A DNA stretch of 64,000 bases, taken from NCBI GenBank assembly GCA_964247055.1, contig OZ176050.1:4774001-4838000 (forward strand), read 5' to 3'. A model generated the notes under the pieces. It was not told the DNA's origin. It saw nothing but the letters and a program-made list of their open reading frames with translations, and searched no databases. Source of the stretch: Paragordius varius. Lineage: Eukaryota > Animalia > Nematomorpha. Made by a program: the position numbers and the translations under genes. Positions within the stretch are counted from its first letter, which is position 1. The number at the start of each line of letters is the position of its first letter. Positions 25,744-43,900 of this stretch are shown here, in pieces.

Positions 25744-28700
25744 TTACCATTGTGTAATCATGATTATTATTAAACCGCAAAATACATGGATAATAAAAAA
25801 ATTATTAATTTGGCAGGTATTTCCATTCGATTTCATAGGGCTACTTATTTGATTCGTGTATAAAGCTATATCTTTGTCACTAATTTTTGAGGTATCACCG
25901 ACAAGAAAATCTCCATATCGTTCCAACATAATAACTATGACAGCGTTGGTCCAAGCGTAGTTTTCCTTTATATATATATATTATATATGGGAGAAAAAAT
26001 TATTTTACATGAAATTACTATACTAAAGTATAAATAAAAGCGTCAGAATTTTTTTACCTCATTAAATGGATAGGCATATTGTTTGTATTTGATCGTACGG
26101 ACGTCAGTCTTTAATAAGTAACATAAAATATAGGGTCAAGTTAATTATTTAAATATTTAATAGATTTGATGAAAAAATTACGTCGATAAAACTTTAGCAA
26201 GAATATATATTAAAGCACCTAGTTTAAATTAAACATAATTTGGTATTTACGCGAGGCAATAACATTATTCCAAATATTTATGTATCAATAAAAAAATCAA
26301 TTATAACCTTTTTAAAAGTCTTTCTTGTACGCCTATATAAATAATGTGCAGCATATATCCACTTTTGGGCTAGATCTCTGGCCAGGGCTTTGGCTTTGCT
26401 CGAATTCTGATTTTCAAAACCTTCTATCATAAAAAGCGTATAAGCAGGATTGGTAAATGGATAATCCCATTCATATTGTATGAGCGATTTCGATAATGGT
26501 ATTCCACCAGCATATTTCAAAAGTTCTTCATTCTAAGAAATATGATATGTCACAATACAAAGTTGTTATGCTAAAAAATATTATTAAGGTTAACACCTAC
26601 AGTTGTTAATTCAAAATTTTAATTTTTAAATTATATAAATATTCATCAATGAGTTACATTGAGGTATTTGATAATATTTTCCGTTCTTGACATATCAGAG
26701 TCGGGCGATTGGATATGTTCATAACATTGTGTAAATAAAGGCATGACATTTGAAGCATACCAATTGTCTAATAAGTTTTCCGACGTTTGATCCATATCAA
26801 ACCACATTCCCGCCTGCTCTGACCACAGAGTTTCGAGTGATCTGATTTTACTTTCTAATTGACGGTATTTGTAATGGGCTTGGGTTGGTAAGCCTAAATA
26901 AAGTAAAAATAAAACCTAATATTCAATCTCTAAATTGACAAAAAAATTTGTTTGAATTCGTAAAATAAAACAGAAAGTACAGTGTGCTCTAAGAAAATGT
27001 ATGAAAAAAACTTTAAATTATTTTTTGATTAATTTGATAGTAAACCTTAGTTATTAAATTAAAATTAAACAATTTTGTCTCTGTCACATAAATATATAAT
27101 CCTACCGTATAAGTTATAATATATACCAGCAATATTATAAAAATTTGCAAGGATACGCTCATTGGCACATAAAATAGCATTCAAATCAACCGGGATAATG
27201 TTTATAGGTGTCAATTTAGCGTGCGTATCGAAATGGATTTGAAAATTATCTTTGTCCAACAACCAACGACTCGATCTATCCCATCCAGATTCTGTCATTG
27301 TTGCTAAATTCCGATAGATCTGAGCTGCTTTTTCTACCATATAAAATATTTCTAATCTAAAATAAAATTTGAAAATTTCTAAAATGGTGATGAAGTAACA
27401 GTGGGTGTAGGGAATAAAAATAAAGATAATTTAAGCTTTATTTTTTGTTAGTGTATAACTTAGGGCTAGATGAATAAATGATAAAAATAAATTTTATTTT
27501 ACAAGTCTTTTTTAGGAATACGTTTACATAGAGATATCTCTATTACCTAAGATGGCCAACTTTAAAATAGATAAATGGAATCATTAGGTTAATAGCTCAA
27601 TTCAATTTATGATATTATTATAATCTATTGGCCTTTTATCCACGGGCAAACCAAATAAAATTTCCAAAAACGGTTAGATGGTTTATAGAATTGAACCGTA
27701 GGTCCAAACTTTTTCAATGTTTTTTTGAAAATTTTGGTAGAAGCTAACGTTCTTTGATATTTTTAAATAAAATCATGTATTTAAATTTTTCCGGAAAAAT
27801 TTGGCATATAGAAATTTTTATAATTTACATGCTTATATTTTTGTGATTTTTATCCACAGTGTATCAAAATAATAGACTACCCATAAATATAAATAGAACC
27901 ATAATCATAGCCATTAGATTATAAAAAACTGGAACAATTTAGTCAACCGTTAATTTTTAGGAAAAAATGGTTGAAATAGAAACCAGAAACAAAAAAATGT
28001 CTTAGATCGCTAAAAACGGTTCCAATGGCAATCCGTGTTAAAATTATACCGCATTTTATGTAAAAAATCTATTAATTTAATATTGTACCTACGTAAAAAA
28101 ATTAACCACAGCTTTAAGTAATATATAGATTTGAAATATTTAAAAATATTATTTAATATAATTACCAGGAAAATAAGTTGCCGTCAGAGCTACATCCTTA
28201 CTGTAGGCAAATGGTCTCTCATTTAATAATAAAAAATAAATATTATAAAAAAATTATATGATCACACAAATTTAGGCAATTTCATTATTTTAAATGACTG
28301 GGGTTTTTATTTTACATGTCTGTTGCCATGTATGAGATTTTCGTTTTAATTAGTTACTATGTGGAGAAAAAACACAGTGTTTAATACTTCATTACCTTTT
28401 CACTTTTTTGTCCTATTTTACATTTTGGGGTAGTTTCCCTAAGCTCAAATTTAAATAAACTAAAGTTGTGACAGTTATTTTTGTTAAAATTTAATTATCA
28501 AACATTTTTCTCGTGTATTAAAAAAAGCTTGCGTTTTTTACAGTTTAGTTACTTCTAGAGCCAATTGGTAAGCTCCAAAACACGCAAACAGCTATATAAA
28601 AATATTATTATAGTAGTTTTGCTAGTAAAATGTAGCCTCAAATCTTTTTACAGTTAATTATTTACTTTTGAACCATTATTTGTCTGTTGTATTAGCGATT

Positions 28701-30787
28701 TGAAAAAAATCATAGAAAAAAATGTCGGCAAAAAGTTTGAGATGAGAATTTTTTTATAATTTCACATTTTTTTAAAAAAAATTATATTATGCAGCTAAAA
28801 GGCTAAAGAAAGCATATCCAGCTATATACCTTAATTTTTAATAATAAGTGTTAAATATGCAACTAAATGAAAAACCCATATATTACAACAGACATGTAAT
28901 AATTCCCCTTTTAACAATTTAAATAAATAGCCTACAATAGCTGTCGTTACCATATTTAATATATATAACATCAAAGTCAAACGAATCTGATTTAAAATTT
29001 TACATAAAAATATATTGTGTATATAATGATACCGAGGATAATTTGTTTTAACATGGTAGGAGTGCAGTTGATGTACCTTACCTCCTCTATTTACGTATGT
29101 CACCCTGGAGTTCCAAAATTGCAATTCCCGTTCTAAGGATTGTATTGTTAATATGACAAATTCTGTATCGTTTGTAGCTTTGTAATATGCTTCCACCATC
29201 AGGGCTAATAATGGTAAACTGCTAATTCTTTCGTAATAAACACGATTCCCGTAGGGCACGAGGTTTGCCTGGTTACTAATATACAATTATTGGTGGTTAT
29301 TAAAAAGAAGTTTCTACGTTATAATAGAGTAAAATGAGAGTTAAAATCTAAAAAATTACATCTCCTGTAAATCCAATAGATTGCTGATTATCCCTTTGGC
29401 GCTTTCTGACATCCCCGACAATAGTAGGGCACGAACAATGAAATAGCTTTCACTAGCAAAATAATTTTATAAATAAATGTCCGAATATGCAAAAAATTGA
29501 TTAATAATATTACAAATATCTCAATTCATTCGTATTTTGATTTGGAGCAAAGAATCCGTGTTTGACGAAAACAGTGGAGTAGCGTGATTTGTAATGCCTG
29601 ACATTTTTGCTAACCTTGGAGTAACGTTAAATTAATAATTATATTAAGCTCAATGGCTTATCTAATACATATATGTCATAAAATTTTGGTTAAAAGCAAT
29701 AATATAAATTAAGTTTAAACCTTTCTTCCCAAATCGGTCCATTGATTGTGGATATCTTGAGCCCAAACACGCAAATTCTCGTCCTTTATTCGAGACAAAA
29801 ACTCAGGATTCGCTTTCCAATCCGGAGGGACCCAATATTCATAATCTTCCAGTATGGGTAAACTTTTATTTGTTATGTCATTGAACCAGATTCGGCTACT
29901 CAATGGTTTGTAATTGTTACGGATAAATTTGTGAAAAAGCTTTTGCCTAGATATCTGCGTTGAATTATTGCTGTCTGCAATCTTTGGTGCTATGGTTTGA
30001 AAGGCTTCTAATACTTTATCTATATGCAATACAAAAGCGTTGATGAGTGATTATAATGAGAAAAATACAGTAACGAGCACTATTATAGGCCAATCTGTAT
30101 TTTAAATGGATAAAAGGGTATTTAATTTACATGTCTGTTGCCATGTACGAGATTTTTCATTTTATTAGTTACATATCTAATTGAACACTCTATTTTTTCT
30201 CCATAATTGTCAAAAATGTACGTAAAAAAAGAAAAAATCTCCTACTAGGCAACTGATATGTAAATTATACCATTTAGCCATTTAAACTACAGTTGTGACC
30301 TATGATGTGCTCGTTACTGATTAAAGATTAAAAAAATGTAGGAAAAACTCATACCTGCGTTCGATAAAGTTTTATAGTTGAAATAATTTATTTGTTCACC
30401 AAAAAAATGAGAGGTTTGCATTGTGTGGAACAAATTGCCATAACAGAATATTTGGCTACATTATTAATACAAAATTAAATATGTATCAAAAAAATCTAAA
30501 ATGCATAAGCAATCTTTTATATTAACTAGATTAATTAAATTATCAAAAAACGAAAATTCCAATAGTATTAATGTTTGAAAATCTAAAAAGCGAATTTTTT
30601 TTTAATTTTTTCGGTTAGTAAAAACTTAGTCTTAATGAAGCCCTAAATAATTAATATATTGGATATTAAACCTGTCACAGGGAGGTAGTGATTTAACTGT
30701 AATCCATAAGATAAGTTCGATAAAAATTAAGAGAACCCCTGATAAGGATTTTAATTTTGGGGTTAAATTATCGGTTGCGGTCCACAT
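25744..30787 (-). CDS. Trehalase (GH37)-fold protein with degenerate active site, ~647 aa, N-terminal signal and C-terminal hydrophobic (GPI/TM-like) tail. Exons: 30787-30672, 30455-30355, 30019-29721, 29614-29514, 29452-29360, 29275-29033, 28215-28166, 27333-27127, 26893-26658, 26532-26308, 26108-26058, 25965-25744
   Basis: Colinear with animal trehalase: LPPCDSQIFCYGNLF, PPDWKANPEFLSRIKD..LRVWA, ESGWDRSSRW, IIPVDLNAIL, LWSEQAGMWFD, WYASNVMPL, WDYP, AWTNAVIVIMLERYGD. The 12 exons sum to 1944 nt with no internal stop. Confidence 0.9.
28300..30290. repeat. Two copies of a short palindromic repeat in trehalase-like introns (~28300-28470 and ~30105-30290)
   Basis: Shared TTTACATGTCTGTTGCCATGTA(T/C)GAGATTTT at ~28313 and ~30127. 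The second copy has an inverted counterpart at ~30235-30270. Confidence 0.6.
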
Positions 30788-33700
30788 ATTGTCTCCAAAA
30801 TGGTGAAACTTTACGATTCGGATTTTATGAAGGCTTTTTTTGGTTTCTATTTTTGAATGCGTTAAAAATCCGTATAACAGTAATAAAATGAAATTAAAAG
30901 ATCAAACACAAAAAAATAACAATAATAGGAAGAATGAGTCAAAAATTAATTTATTAGCCATTCGCATATTTTCAATTTCTAATAATAATAGCTTTTTATT
31001 ATTTTTTTATTTTATATATATTTATATATTAAGTTCAAGGTTCACCAATCTCTTTTAGAGAAAATAAAATGAATGCAAAAAATAATTAAATATGCAAAGC
31101 CAAATCCATATAACCAAAAGCCATTTACAAATTTTTTAATTATTATTTGCATTTTAAGCTTCTAAATGAGGATTGAGCTTTAATTGAATATTAAATGAAG
31201 TGATGCAATACATTCTAAATAAATAATAATTAAAATAATTGAATTTAAATAATTGAATTTGTCAAATAATTAAATAGGTCTACCAAAAATATCTAAAAAA
31301 AATCAAATTGGAAACAAAAGGTAAATTAAAATGTTACTTTATCAATCAATAATATATGTTTTGGCTGATGGAACGATTAATGATAATTGCTTTAAATTTA
31401 TCGATCAAAAATCAAGGACAGGGATTGAAATATTATTTATGATAATTATTTAATTAATTAAATTATAGTTCCTCAATATTAAGATTTATGTAATAGAAAC
31501 AGACATGTTAAAATTAATTTATGTTCAGGAATGAAACAAAATTTTTCTGAGAACTTTTGACGACAATGTATAACATAAATATACGAAAATGAATGGAAAT
31601 AAAAACAAAATACTTTGTTAGACATAAAAGTTAACTCAGAAATTTTGATAATGACTTGTGAAGAATTAAATTTGACCTTTAAAAGGAAAAAATTAGAATC
31701 GCATGCCAAACATATTTATTTGTAATACCAGCTTGCTTGTGTGCTCCATAATTTAATTTTCAAAGCAAAAATAAAATATATATAATTAGTTTTAAAATTT
31801 GTAATTATGATATTATCATGCAAGCATTTACATAGTATAATGGTTTGTGGATTTTTCTGATCAGGCAATAATACAATGACAACCTCAAAAAAATGATCCA
31901 TAAAAAATGGTTGTTGATATTGAAATATATTTGAAATTATTACCTATTTTGTATTATATGAATGATATTCGTTTGATTTAGCCTTTTTATCTAAATAATG
32001 ATAATTTCAAATAAGTTTGTAAGCATATACATGTATTACAATCTTTGGTCCATTTATGATCGAAAATTAGATATGGTTACTTATGTGAAGGTACACATGG
32101 CAGGCATCCTTTCAATTACTGATAACTAGAAAATAATGCCAAACTTATATTTGAATTTTAAGCGGGAAATTGAAGGTGGATATGATATCAAATATGGATA
32201 AATTGCGAATTAAATTTATAAACATTCCAAAAAGGAAGAATCCATGGTTTAAAACAAATTAATTAAAATAATTATCGAATCTTTAGTCAAAAAAAGTTGA
32301 AATTTAACATAAATATTCATAATATGATGATATATGTCTCTTTAGTTCAAAAGATTGAACTTTTATTGGAATAACATTTTCTGTTTAAGTGAACATAGAA
32401 GATAGATCTTTATCTAACACACAGTAGGACTTGTTGCTTACTGGGAGTTGTGTCCTATATAAATATTGTTTCTTATATAATAAGAGAATGAATATCATTG
32501 TTAGCAAAAAAGTATATTTTTTATATAAACTATAAATTTTTACTATATTATATTATGTGTGTTGAATGGAGGGGGGTCTTAGAATATTTAATAATTGTGT
32601 ATTATATAAACATTTTAACACTAAAACAAAAAGTAATGTTATGATGTGTGACATCACAAAAGAGATGTGAAAAAACACTTTTGGTCAATCAATACGAATG
32701 TAAAGAATATATAACTAAAAAAACGTTAAGATTAAAAAAAAATTTAAATGTACATACTACTGTTATCATTTCCTAAACCTCTTGAAACAATATTGCATAT
32801 ATATATTTCGTATAATGACCATTTTTGCCTTATTTGCATAATAATACTGTTTTTGACTGCGGAATCAACCAGCATTAATGAAATGAGACATTTTTATATA
32901 TACATATTATTGCAAAAAGTTGTGATCATAAATTACTTAAAAATAACGTTAAAATCTATTGAATCCATATATATCCAATACTACGATAATGTTTTATACT
33001 CTTCGAGCATAATAAAATTTTATTTTTACAAAATTAAATATATCTATATCTGTGGCAGAATGGCCGAGAAAGTGTAAATATGAGGATGGAAAAACTCTAA
33101 AAAATCAATATATATAGGCTTTAGTAAAAATATTGTTTAAATTGCGAATTTCTCTTTCTCTCTCGTGATAATTGAAATTTTTTATCGCATTAATTTAAAT
33201 TAATAAAAAAAATTTAGTTGAATATTAGTGCCTTTTGTTTTAGAGCTAATCTTTAATGGGGCTTTATGATAAAGGGGTAAGATTGGGTTGTTCACCAAAA
33301 TTATTATAAATTTAATTTATAATTTTAACACATAGACGTTTGATTGACTAAAACACACCTAGTATCTTAAGAGGTGCATATAAAATTTATGTATTTTTAA
33401 CTTTTTGAATAGATTATAATCTAAATAGGATGCCCAAATAACATTGTTAATTTTAATTTATAAATATTTTTAATATTAAAAGTTGGAAATTATAGTCGTT
33501 GCTTTTTCTGCCCGTTTTTTTGCTTCCAATATATTTAACAATATATAGGGCCGATATATTTATATAAATAATTAAATAAATAAATCTCAAAGAAATTTAT
33601 ATTTTTAGACTCCCATTTGTATCTAGCAACTTTGGCAGGATTTTGAGATTGCAAAATTAAAAATATTATCAACTTTAAAGCGACCATTTATATTTTTAAG

Positions 33701-34271
33701 CGAAAAAGATTATTATGGAAAGAAATTTAACATGATATAAAGGGTTAGATTATATTTGTAATCAATTCACTATTAATTGCAGTAATGGTAAACGAGAAAA
33801 AAACTAACCATTTATGATGTGGCATTTTTGGCAGGTGTCACAGTCCTCAAATACGTGACATGAAGAACAATAGGGTTAAAAAATCTGAAAATATTTGGCT
33901 CTAAAGGTTTCATAATCATTTCTAGTACAGATTGATGAATTTATTAGTTAATCCATGACGTTTGTCAAAAAAAATATTTTTGTCAAATTATTTGAAGTTG
34001 CAATTTTAAATTAATAGGATGATTGATTATGGATTGGCTTTAAATTTTTAAAATTGCAATTTTTATTATAAGAATTTGGTTTACGTATATAAATCAATGC
34101 TTTAAAAATTTGGCAATTTTACATCTATAATAACGAAATATTCGACATTGCATATGTTATCTAAATCTAATTTTAAGAGGCTAAAAATAATTATATATTT
34201 CAGATAAAAACAACTCACAGACAGCATCAAAAACAATTGAGTTCTAATTAAACACACCTTGAATAACAATA

Positions 34272-35380
34272 TAACTGGTGTATTCATAAGTTATTACCAT
34301 TTCAACCAAAGGAAGACGCCAGAAAAAAATAGGCAGGCGATTAATTTAATACATACCCCATTTTGTCTATCTGACCACAAAAGTTGAATTTACCCAAAAC
34401 TAGCGAAGTAATCATGTCGATAGCAACTTATATTTCTCATTCAGTAATCATGTTGAACTTTGTGACTGAAAAGCAACATTTATGGCTCGCATGAAGAAAA
34501 ACGCTGTTGAAAGTTATCGATATGGTGATTCAACTCATCGATTAAAAGATGTGAAAAATGGTTTCAAAAACGATCAAATGTGAAAAATAGTTAGCGCTCT
34601 GGCAGACAACTGCGAAGATGATAAAGTGTGAATGATGACCCAACTCAAATCTAAATCTATAGATGTGTAATAACCATGGGAAATATCAATAAACTCTGTA
34701 AATGGGTCGCACACAATATGAAAGAACGTCAAATTAAATATCGCAAGTGACTTGTGAATCCTGCTTCGACGTCACAAAAAAATAGTTTTTGTATAGAATT
34801 GGGACTGGTGTTGAGGGCTTTATTTTGCAAATCCAAAACGAAAAATGTGTGATTTTCGTCAAGCCGTTTGATCCACAATAAGGCCAATTTTTTTCGAAAA
34901 CAGCTGTGTGTCTTGTGAAACCAGATCGGTATTGTGTTTCATGAACTTTTGAAGTTCTTTGAAATTTTGTTATTACTATACTATCACTAACAAATATCTA
35001 ATTAAGACTATACATTAATCAAAAAACCGGAATGAGGCAGAAAACATGGCTACACGATTTTGCTACATGACGAAGCAAAATACATTTATATCGACTCGAT
35101 TAATTTTTCCGATCCACTGAACTCTCTGACTTGGCGTTAGCTGAGTGATATTACTTCGCATCAATGAGGCAAACCCTTGCAGAGAACTACATTAAAAATT
35201 TCGAAGATGTTGAAAGTTTGACTAATGGTTTGCCGCCAAAGTCCTGTTTTTTCTGGCACGGCGTTCTATTACCTAGGAGATGAGCGAAAAGCCGATGACC
35301 AATATTTTGAATATAATAATTAACTGATTTTATTTTAAAATACATGTGCTTTTACAAAAAACGGTATGAACAGACCTATA
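34272..35380 (+). mobile_element. Heavily degraded Mos1-like (mauritiana-type) mariner; transposase remnant ~34450-35315
   Basis: Fragments in order, split by frameshifts: MLNFVTEKQHL, KNAVESYR, CEKWFQK, KWVAHNMKERQ, FLYRIGTG, YFANPKRK, GIVFHELL, ILLHDEA, SMRQTLAE..IKNFEDVE, DDQYFE*. TIRs are only vaguely recognisable. Confidence 0.8.
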
Positions 35381-36023
35381 ATCTTACAATTTTCAAAATT
35401 GGAGAACCAATTTTATAGGTTTAAAGATTACGCTCTGGTTTATACAACACCCTGAGGTATGCACCGTAAATGTTTGACAAGCTTTTTTTAAAATATACAT
35501 TCTTTATATTATAAAAAAACTTAAGATTAAAATGTAGTGCAGAGTTTCTTAGATAATTTGAGAAGTCAAACGCTTTTATTCAAGCTTTAAAAATTAAACG
35601 ATTAGAAATTGTTCTTTTATCATTACAAATATATGTTAATGAATTGTGTTAATTACAAAAATTATAGGCAAAAATATTTCTAGTCAGCGGTCAATTTTTT
35701 GTTCTAAAAAGCATATCATTAACTCGTCCAAAAAACTCAGTGTCTCAAAAAGTACAACATATACTACCGAATTCGAATATATGAGTAATGAAAATTTAGC
35801 CATTCATAAAAACGGGTATCATTAATTTATTTGTAAATGGGGGGAATGTTTCTGCTTTCTCATTTGTTATTTTATGATATAAATAATTATAATAATTTAA
35901 AGTCATTAATATACACATATAAAAAAGATATATAAAATTTGGGGTAATACACACACACGTGTGTGTGATTAAACAATATTGCAGCATTGGTGGTTTTAGT
36001 TTTAGTGATTGCAGCACAGTAGT

Positions 36024-39848
<3,825 letters not shown>

Positions 39849-40972
39849 TCATGAGATCGATACTCACAGATGTTTTTAAATATGTTTGAAGGTAAGCGTG
39901 TTTTCATAAACAATTATTTATAATTAGGCGTTTTTGTATGATTACTTTGCAAAAATGTTAAATATAAAAATCATTATGCCATTATTGTTTAATGACCGCA
40001 TTAATAATTTCTATTAAAATTTTTCAAATTGAAAATTATGCACCTTAATTTATTTAGTTTTGATTGGAATCAATATTATTGTAAACATCTTGAACTTTAT
40101 AGAACGCATCAAAGCGTAGACATATTTGTGGTATATCGCACAAATTTATGTACCAATTCTTTAGGACCCATGTACCAATGGTCAAATTATTTTATAATTT
40201 TTCCCCAACATTAATTTATGTAGAAAGAAAGCGTAAAAAGAATACCATTCCATTATTTTAGGGCCCAGAAATATAAAAAATAACACAATGACTATAATAA
40301 TTTTTTGTCCGCTTATTCTAAAAAATTTTAAAATTAGGTCATTCTAAATTAGGGTAAATATAATTATTTATTTGTAAAGGTTCAGCATATAATTTTTCAC
40401 AAAATTATTTCTCATAATGGGTTTAAATGTTTTTGCTAAATTAGTTAAACTTAATTGCCTTTAGCAAGTTTCAGGGCGATTTCAAATGTTAACAAAAAAG
40501 ATCCGATTGGGCCAAAATTAAAAATATGCCATTTATTAACTTTAAAATGGATTATAAAAACATTTATACATTTCAAAATTAAAAATTTTTGACATAAACA
40601 TTTTGCCAACAAGAGTATCAACAGAAATTTAAATCAAAATTAAATACAATTTTAAATATACCTTAGCAATAATTATTTGTAAAATAATTGTTTTTCGAGT
40701 TTATTTTATGCGGATTGATATAAAACTTAAAAAATTCTATAATATAAATATATATATAAATATTATTTGACAATATACCATAAAAATTTAAAAGGCTTTA
40801 TTCTCCTATAGATAAAATACTTACACCTCCAAGATTGTATTTTTATATTTTTTTACATTTTGTTTCGATGCCAATGTATATAATTTTTTTACTAAAATTA
40901 ATTTTCGGCAAAATGTAAAACTTCAATAAAATAGGTATGATTTTGTGCATGTAAAAAGATACATACATCAAC

Positions 40973-43900
40973 ATGAGCCAAACTAAAGAAAAAAGCTCGC
41001 CGCTTGTGGGTATAGGCGATGTATCTTTGCTAATATTATGTGCTGTCCTGACTTATTTTTATTTCTTTTTTCGAAGGAAACAAAAAGTACCAACCACCAC
41101 CATAAAATTGATGTACACTTTTAATTATATTTTAGCGATAATTTTGAAACACAATCAAACGAAAGTATAATACAAAAGCAAGTTAATGGGGTAAATAACC
41201 ATATTTATAGTTAGGGCAAAACATTTTTTGTGTTTTTTGGCTCACAAACTGGGACTGCTGAAAGTTTTGCCGCTAGATTGGTTCAAGATGCAAAAAAGTA
41301 TGAACTGAAAGGTTCATCCATTGATCCAGAAGAATGTGATGTGGTATGTCTACTATTTATAAATTATTAGGTTTTATAAATATAAAAGTAAATAATCTTT
41401 CATCATCATAAGCATCTCTTAACACAGTTTTAGAACTAAAAAACTGTTTTAAAACGTTTTTTGGGGACTGGAACCCCGGTTTTAAAATATAAGAATTTTA
41501 ATTTTAAAGTTTAGCTTGTTCAGAAAAAATTGCGAACAAAATTTGTCTTTTTATGATTATATTTGGCTCTTTATACATAATCTATTAAAATGATTTAGAA
41601 AAAATGGCACCTATATTAAAATTATTTGACAATAAAAATGGACCTATCATAATTGTGCAATAAGTTATGTAACCCGAACCAAATAATAATTTCGTGAATA
41701 AAATCTTTTTGAACCAAAACCGTTCTTTTTCTAGATACATTAGCCTTAACTTACTAATCAAATAAATGATGATTTACAGGAGGAAATACCAAATTTATGT
41801 TCGGTTCCAAACAATATCGTTTTATTTGTTTCAGCGACGTATGGGGAAGGCGACCCAACCGATAATAATCGCGATCTTTATGAATGGTTGCAAAGCTCAA
41901 ATCCAAATTTTCATGGGATTAGTTATGCGGTTAATATATTTTTTTGTATTTTGAAATTTATTGTCTTACTTTTTGTTTAATTTATTTTTTATCTTAGGGT
42001 TAGACTTTGTTTTTATAACATATTGGCTATCTTTGTTTAATTTTGTATAAAAAGTGTATACAATATTTATGATCGCTTTTTACGCATAATGGTTTTTACT
42101 CTTTTAGCAATAATTAATAACAATTATATTTTACCTTTTTCTTTTATGTTTTTAATACGTCACTATTTTTTTAATGGTTAATTTACCCTAAGGCTATTTG
42201 AACCTTTCACAAAAATATATAATGCGTATCTTTAATTGCTGCATTTAAAACTACAATTGTTATATTATTCATTATATTTAGGTTTCGCCTAATATGTTGT
42301 GCAACTATTATATCTTAAACATTTTTGATGTCTATCTTTCTGACTTATTTTTCATTAAGGAAAAATCTTTTTAATTTTTTATGCTTCAGTTTTAAGAATT
42401 ATCTAACCTTATATATTAGATCTGATATTGATAAAAAATTATATTAATATGTGTCAATATTGCACCTAATATTAACAATTAACGGCATTAGAAAGGTCAA
42501 ATATTTTCTTACTTTAGTCCTAAAATTATTTAAACAAAACGCAAAACATGAAATACTAATATATTTTTTTACACAGAAAACGTTTTTTTCTTTTTTATTC
42601 TATATTTGTTATATAACAATTATAAATTATAAGATTGAGTGTGTAACCAATTTACATCTCTTTCTCTTATATCCTAACTCAAAACGATAGGTAATATAAT
42701 TATGGTTCAAAAAAATGTTTATTTAAAGAATAAATTCTTTATCTTTTGTATATTAAATGTTAATAATTTTTTGTAGGTATTCCATTTAAGTTTATTCGAT
42801 TTTTTTATATTATGATTACAATTGTAAAATGTAAAATAATGTGATACATATCCATTTTACGACCTAAAACGTTACTTTATATCTAAAATCAGTTAAAGTA
42901 AATAATTATTAATAAAAATTTGTCCTTGCTTACATTTTACTGTACACAATTTACAGGTATTTGGTTTAGGCAACAAAACTTATGAACATTTCAATGCTAT
43001 GGGAAAATATTTTGATCGCAGGCTTGAGGAATTAGGTGGAACGAGAATATGTGATTTGGGTTTAGGCGATGATGATGCATGGTTTTACTTACTTTTTTGA
43101 AATAAAATAATCTAAAAAAAAATTCAATTTTATTTATCATTAACGAATATATTTTTGAATTTATTATTTATAAACCTGGAATTAGATGTATAAATTATTA
43201 TAAATATTTAATTAATTTAAGCTTAAACTAGTCTAAAAATAAATTTGCAAAAGTATTTTAAATATGAAATTTATCAATCAAATCAGTATTATTTACAGTA
43301 AATAAAAATGATAAATATAAATCTATTATATAGATTGTTTGACTCGCTCGCTTATCAAAAAAAATATTTAAAAGTTTATGTTATATAAAAGTTATGAAAC
43401 TACAAAAAAAAATTTTTTTACTATAAAATGTCTCCTATTTTTAGTATCGAAGAAGATTTCATTGGATGGAAAGAAAAGTTTTGGGCTGAAGCTGAAAAAC
43501 TTTTTGATCTCAAACTCAAATCCGGAGATGAGCCGTAACACTTTTATTTGATTAATTTCATTAATTTTTAATAAAATTTTTATTCAAAGTTGTTAAATTT
43601 ATTATTAAAGAGATTATGTTTTTTGTACGAATAATTATTTTTTTAATTTTCTAGAGAGCGACAATTCAAACTTATAAATCATACAGCCAATGGACAAACG
43701 ATCCCCAAGGATAAAATATTTACCGGAGAATATTTCCGTCTTGGATCATATCGGAATCAAAAAATGTAATTTTAATTAGTAAATAGTAAAAATATAAATA
43801 TTTATTTACAAATTAAAATATAAAATTTATTCTATGAAGCATATAAATAGTTCAAATAGAATAAAAATGTAAAGTCTAGTATTGAGCCTAAAAAGGAATA

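Noticed and set aside
25780-25929. MLERYGD... as the trehalase MYEKYD catalytic motif
   Set aside because: Full exon reconstruction shows it matches the downstream LLDRYGD region after WTNG. The MYEKYD equivalent is TFKKTD at the 26308/26108 junction.
31350-33100. Possible fast-evolving gene (short open stretches, e.g. YNLWSIYDRKLDMVTYVK at ~32038-32093 with a plausible 39-nt intron)
   Set aside because: I could not build a consistent start-to-stop model or find any homology.
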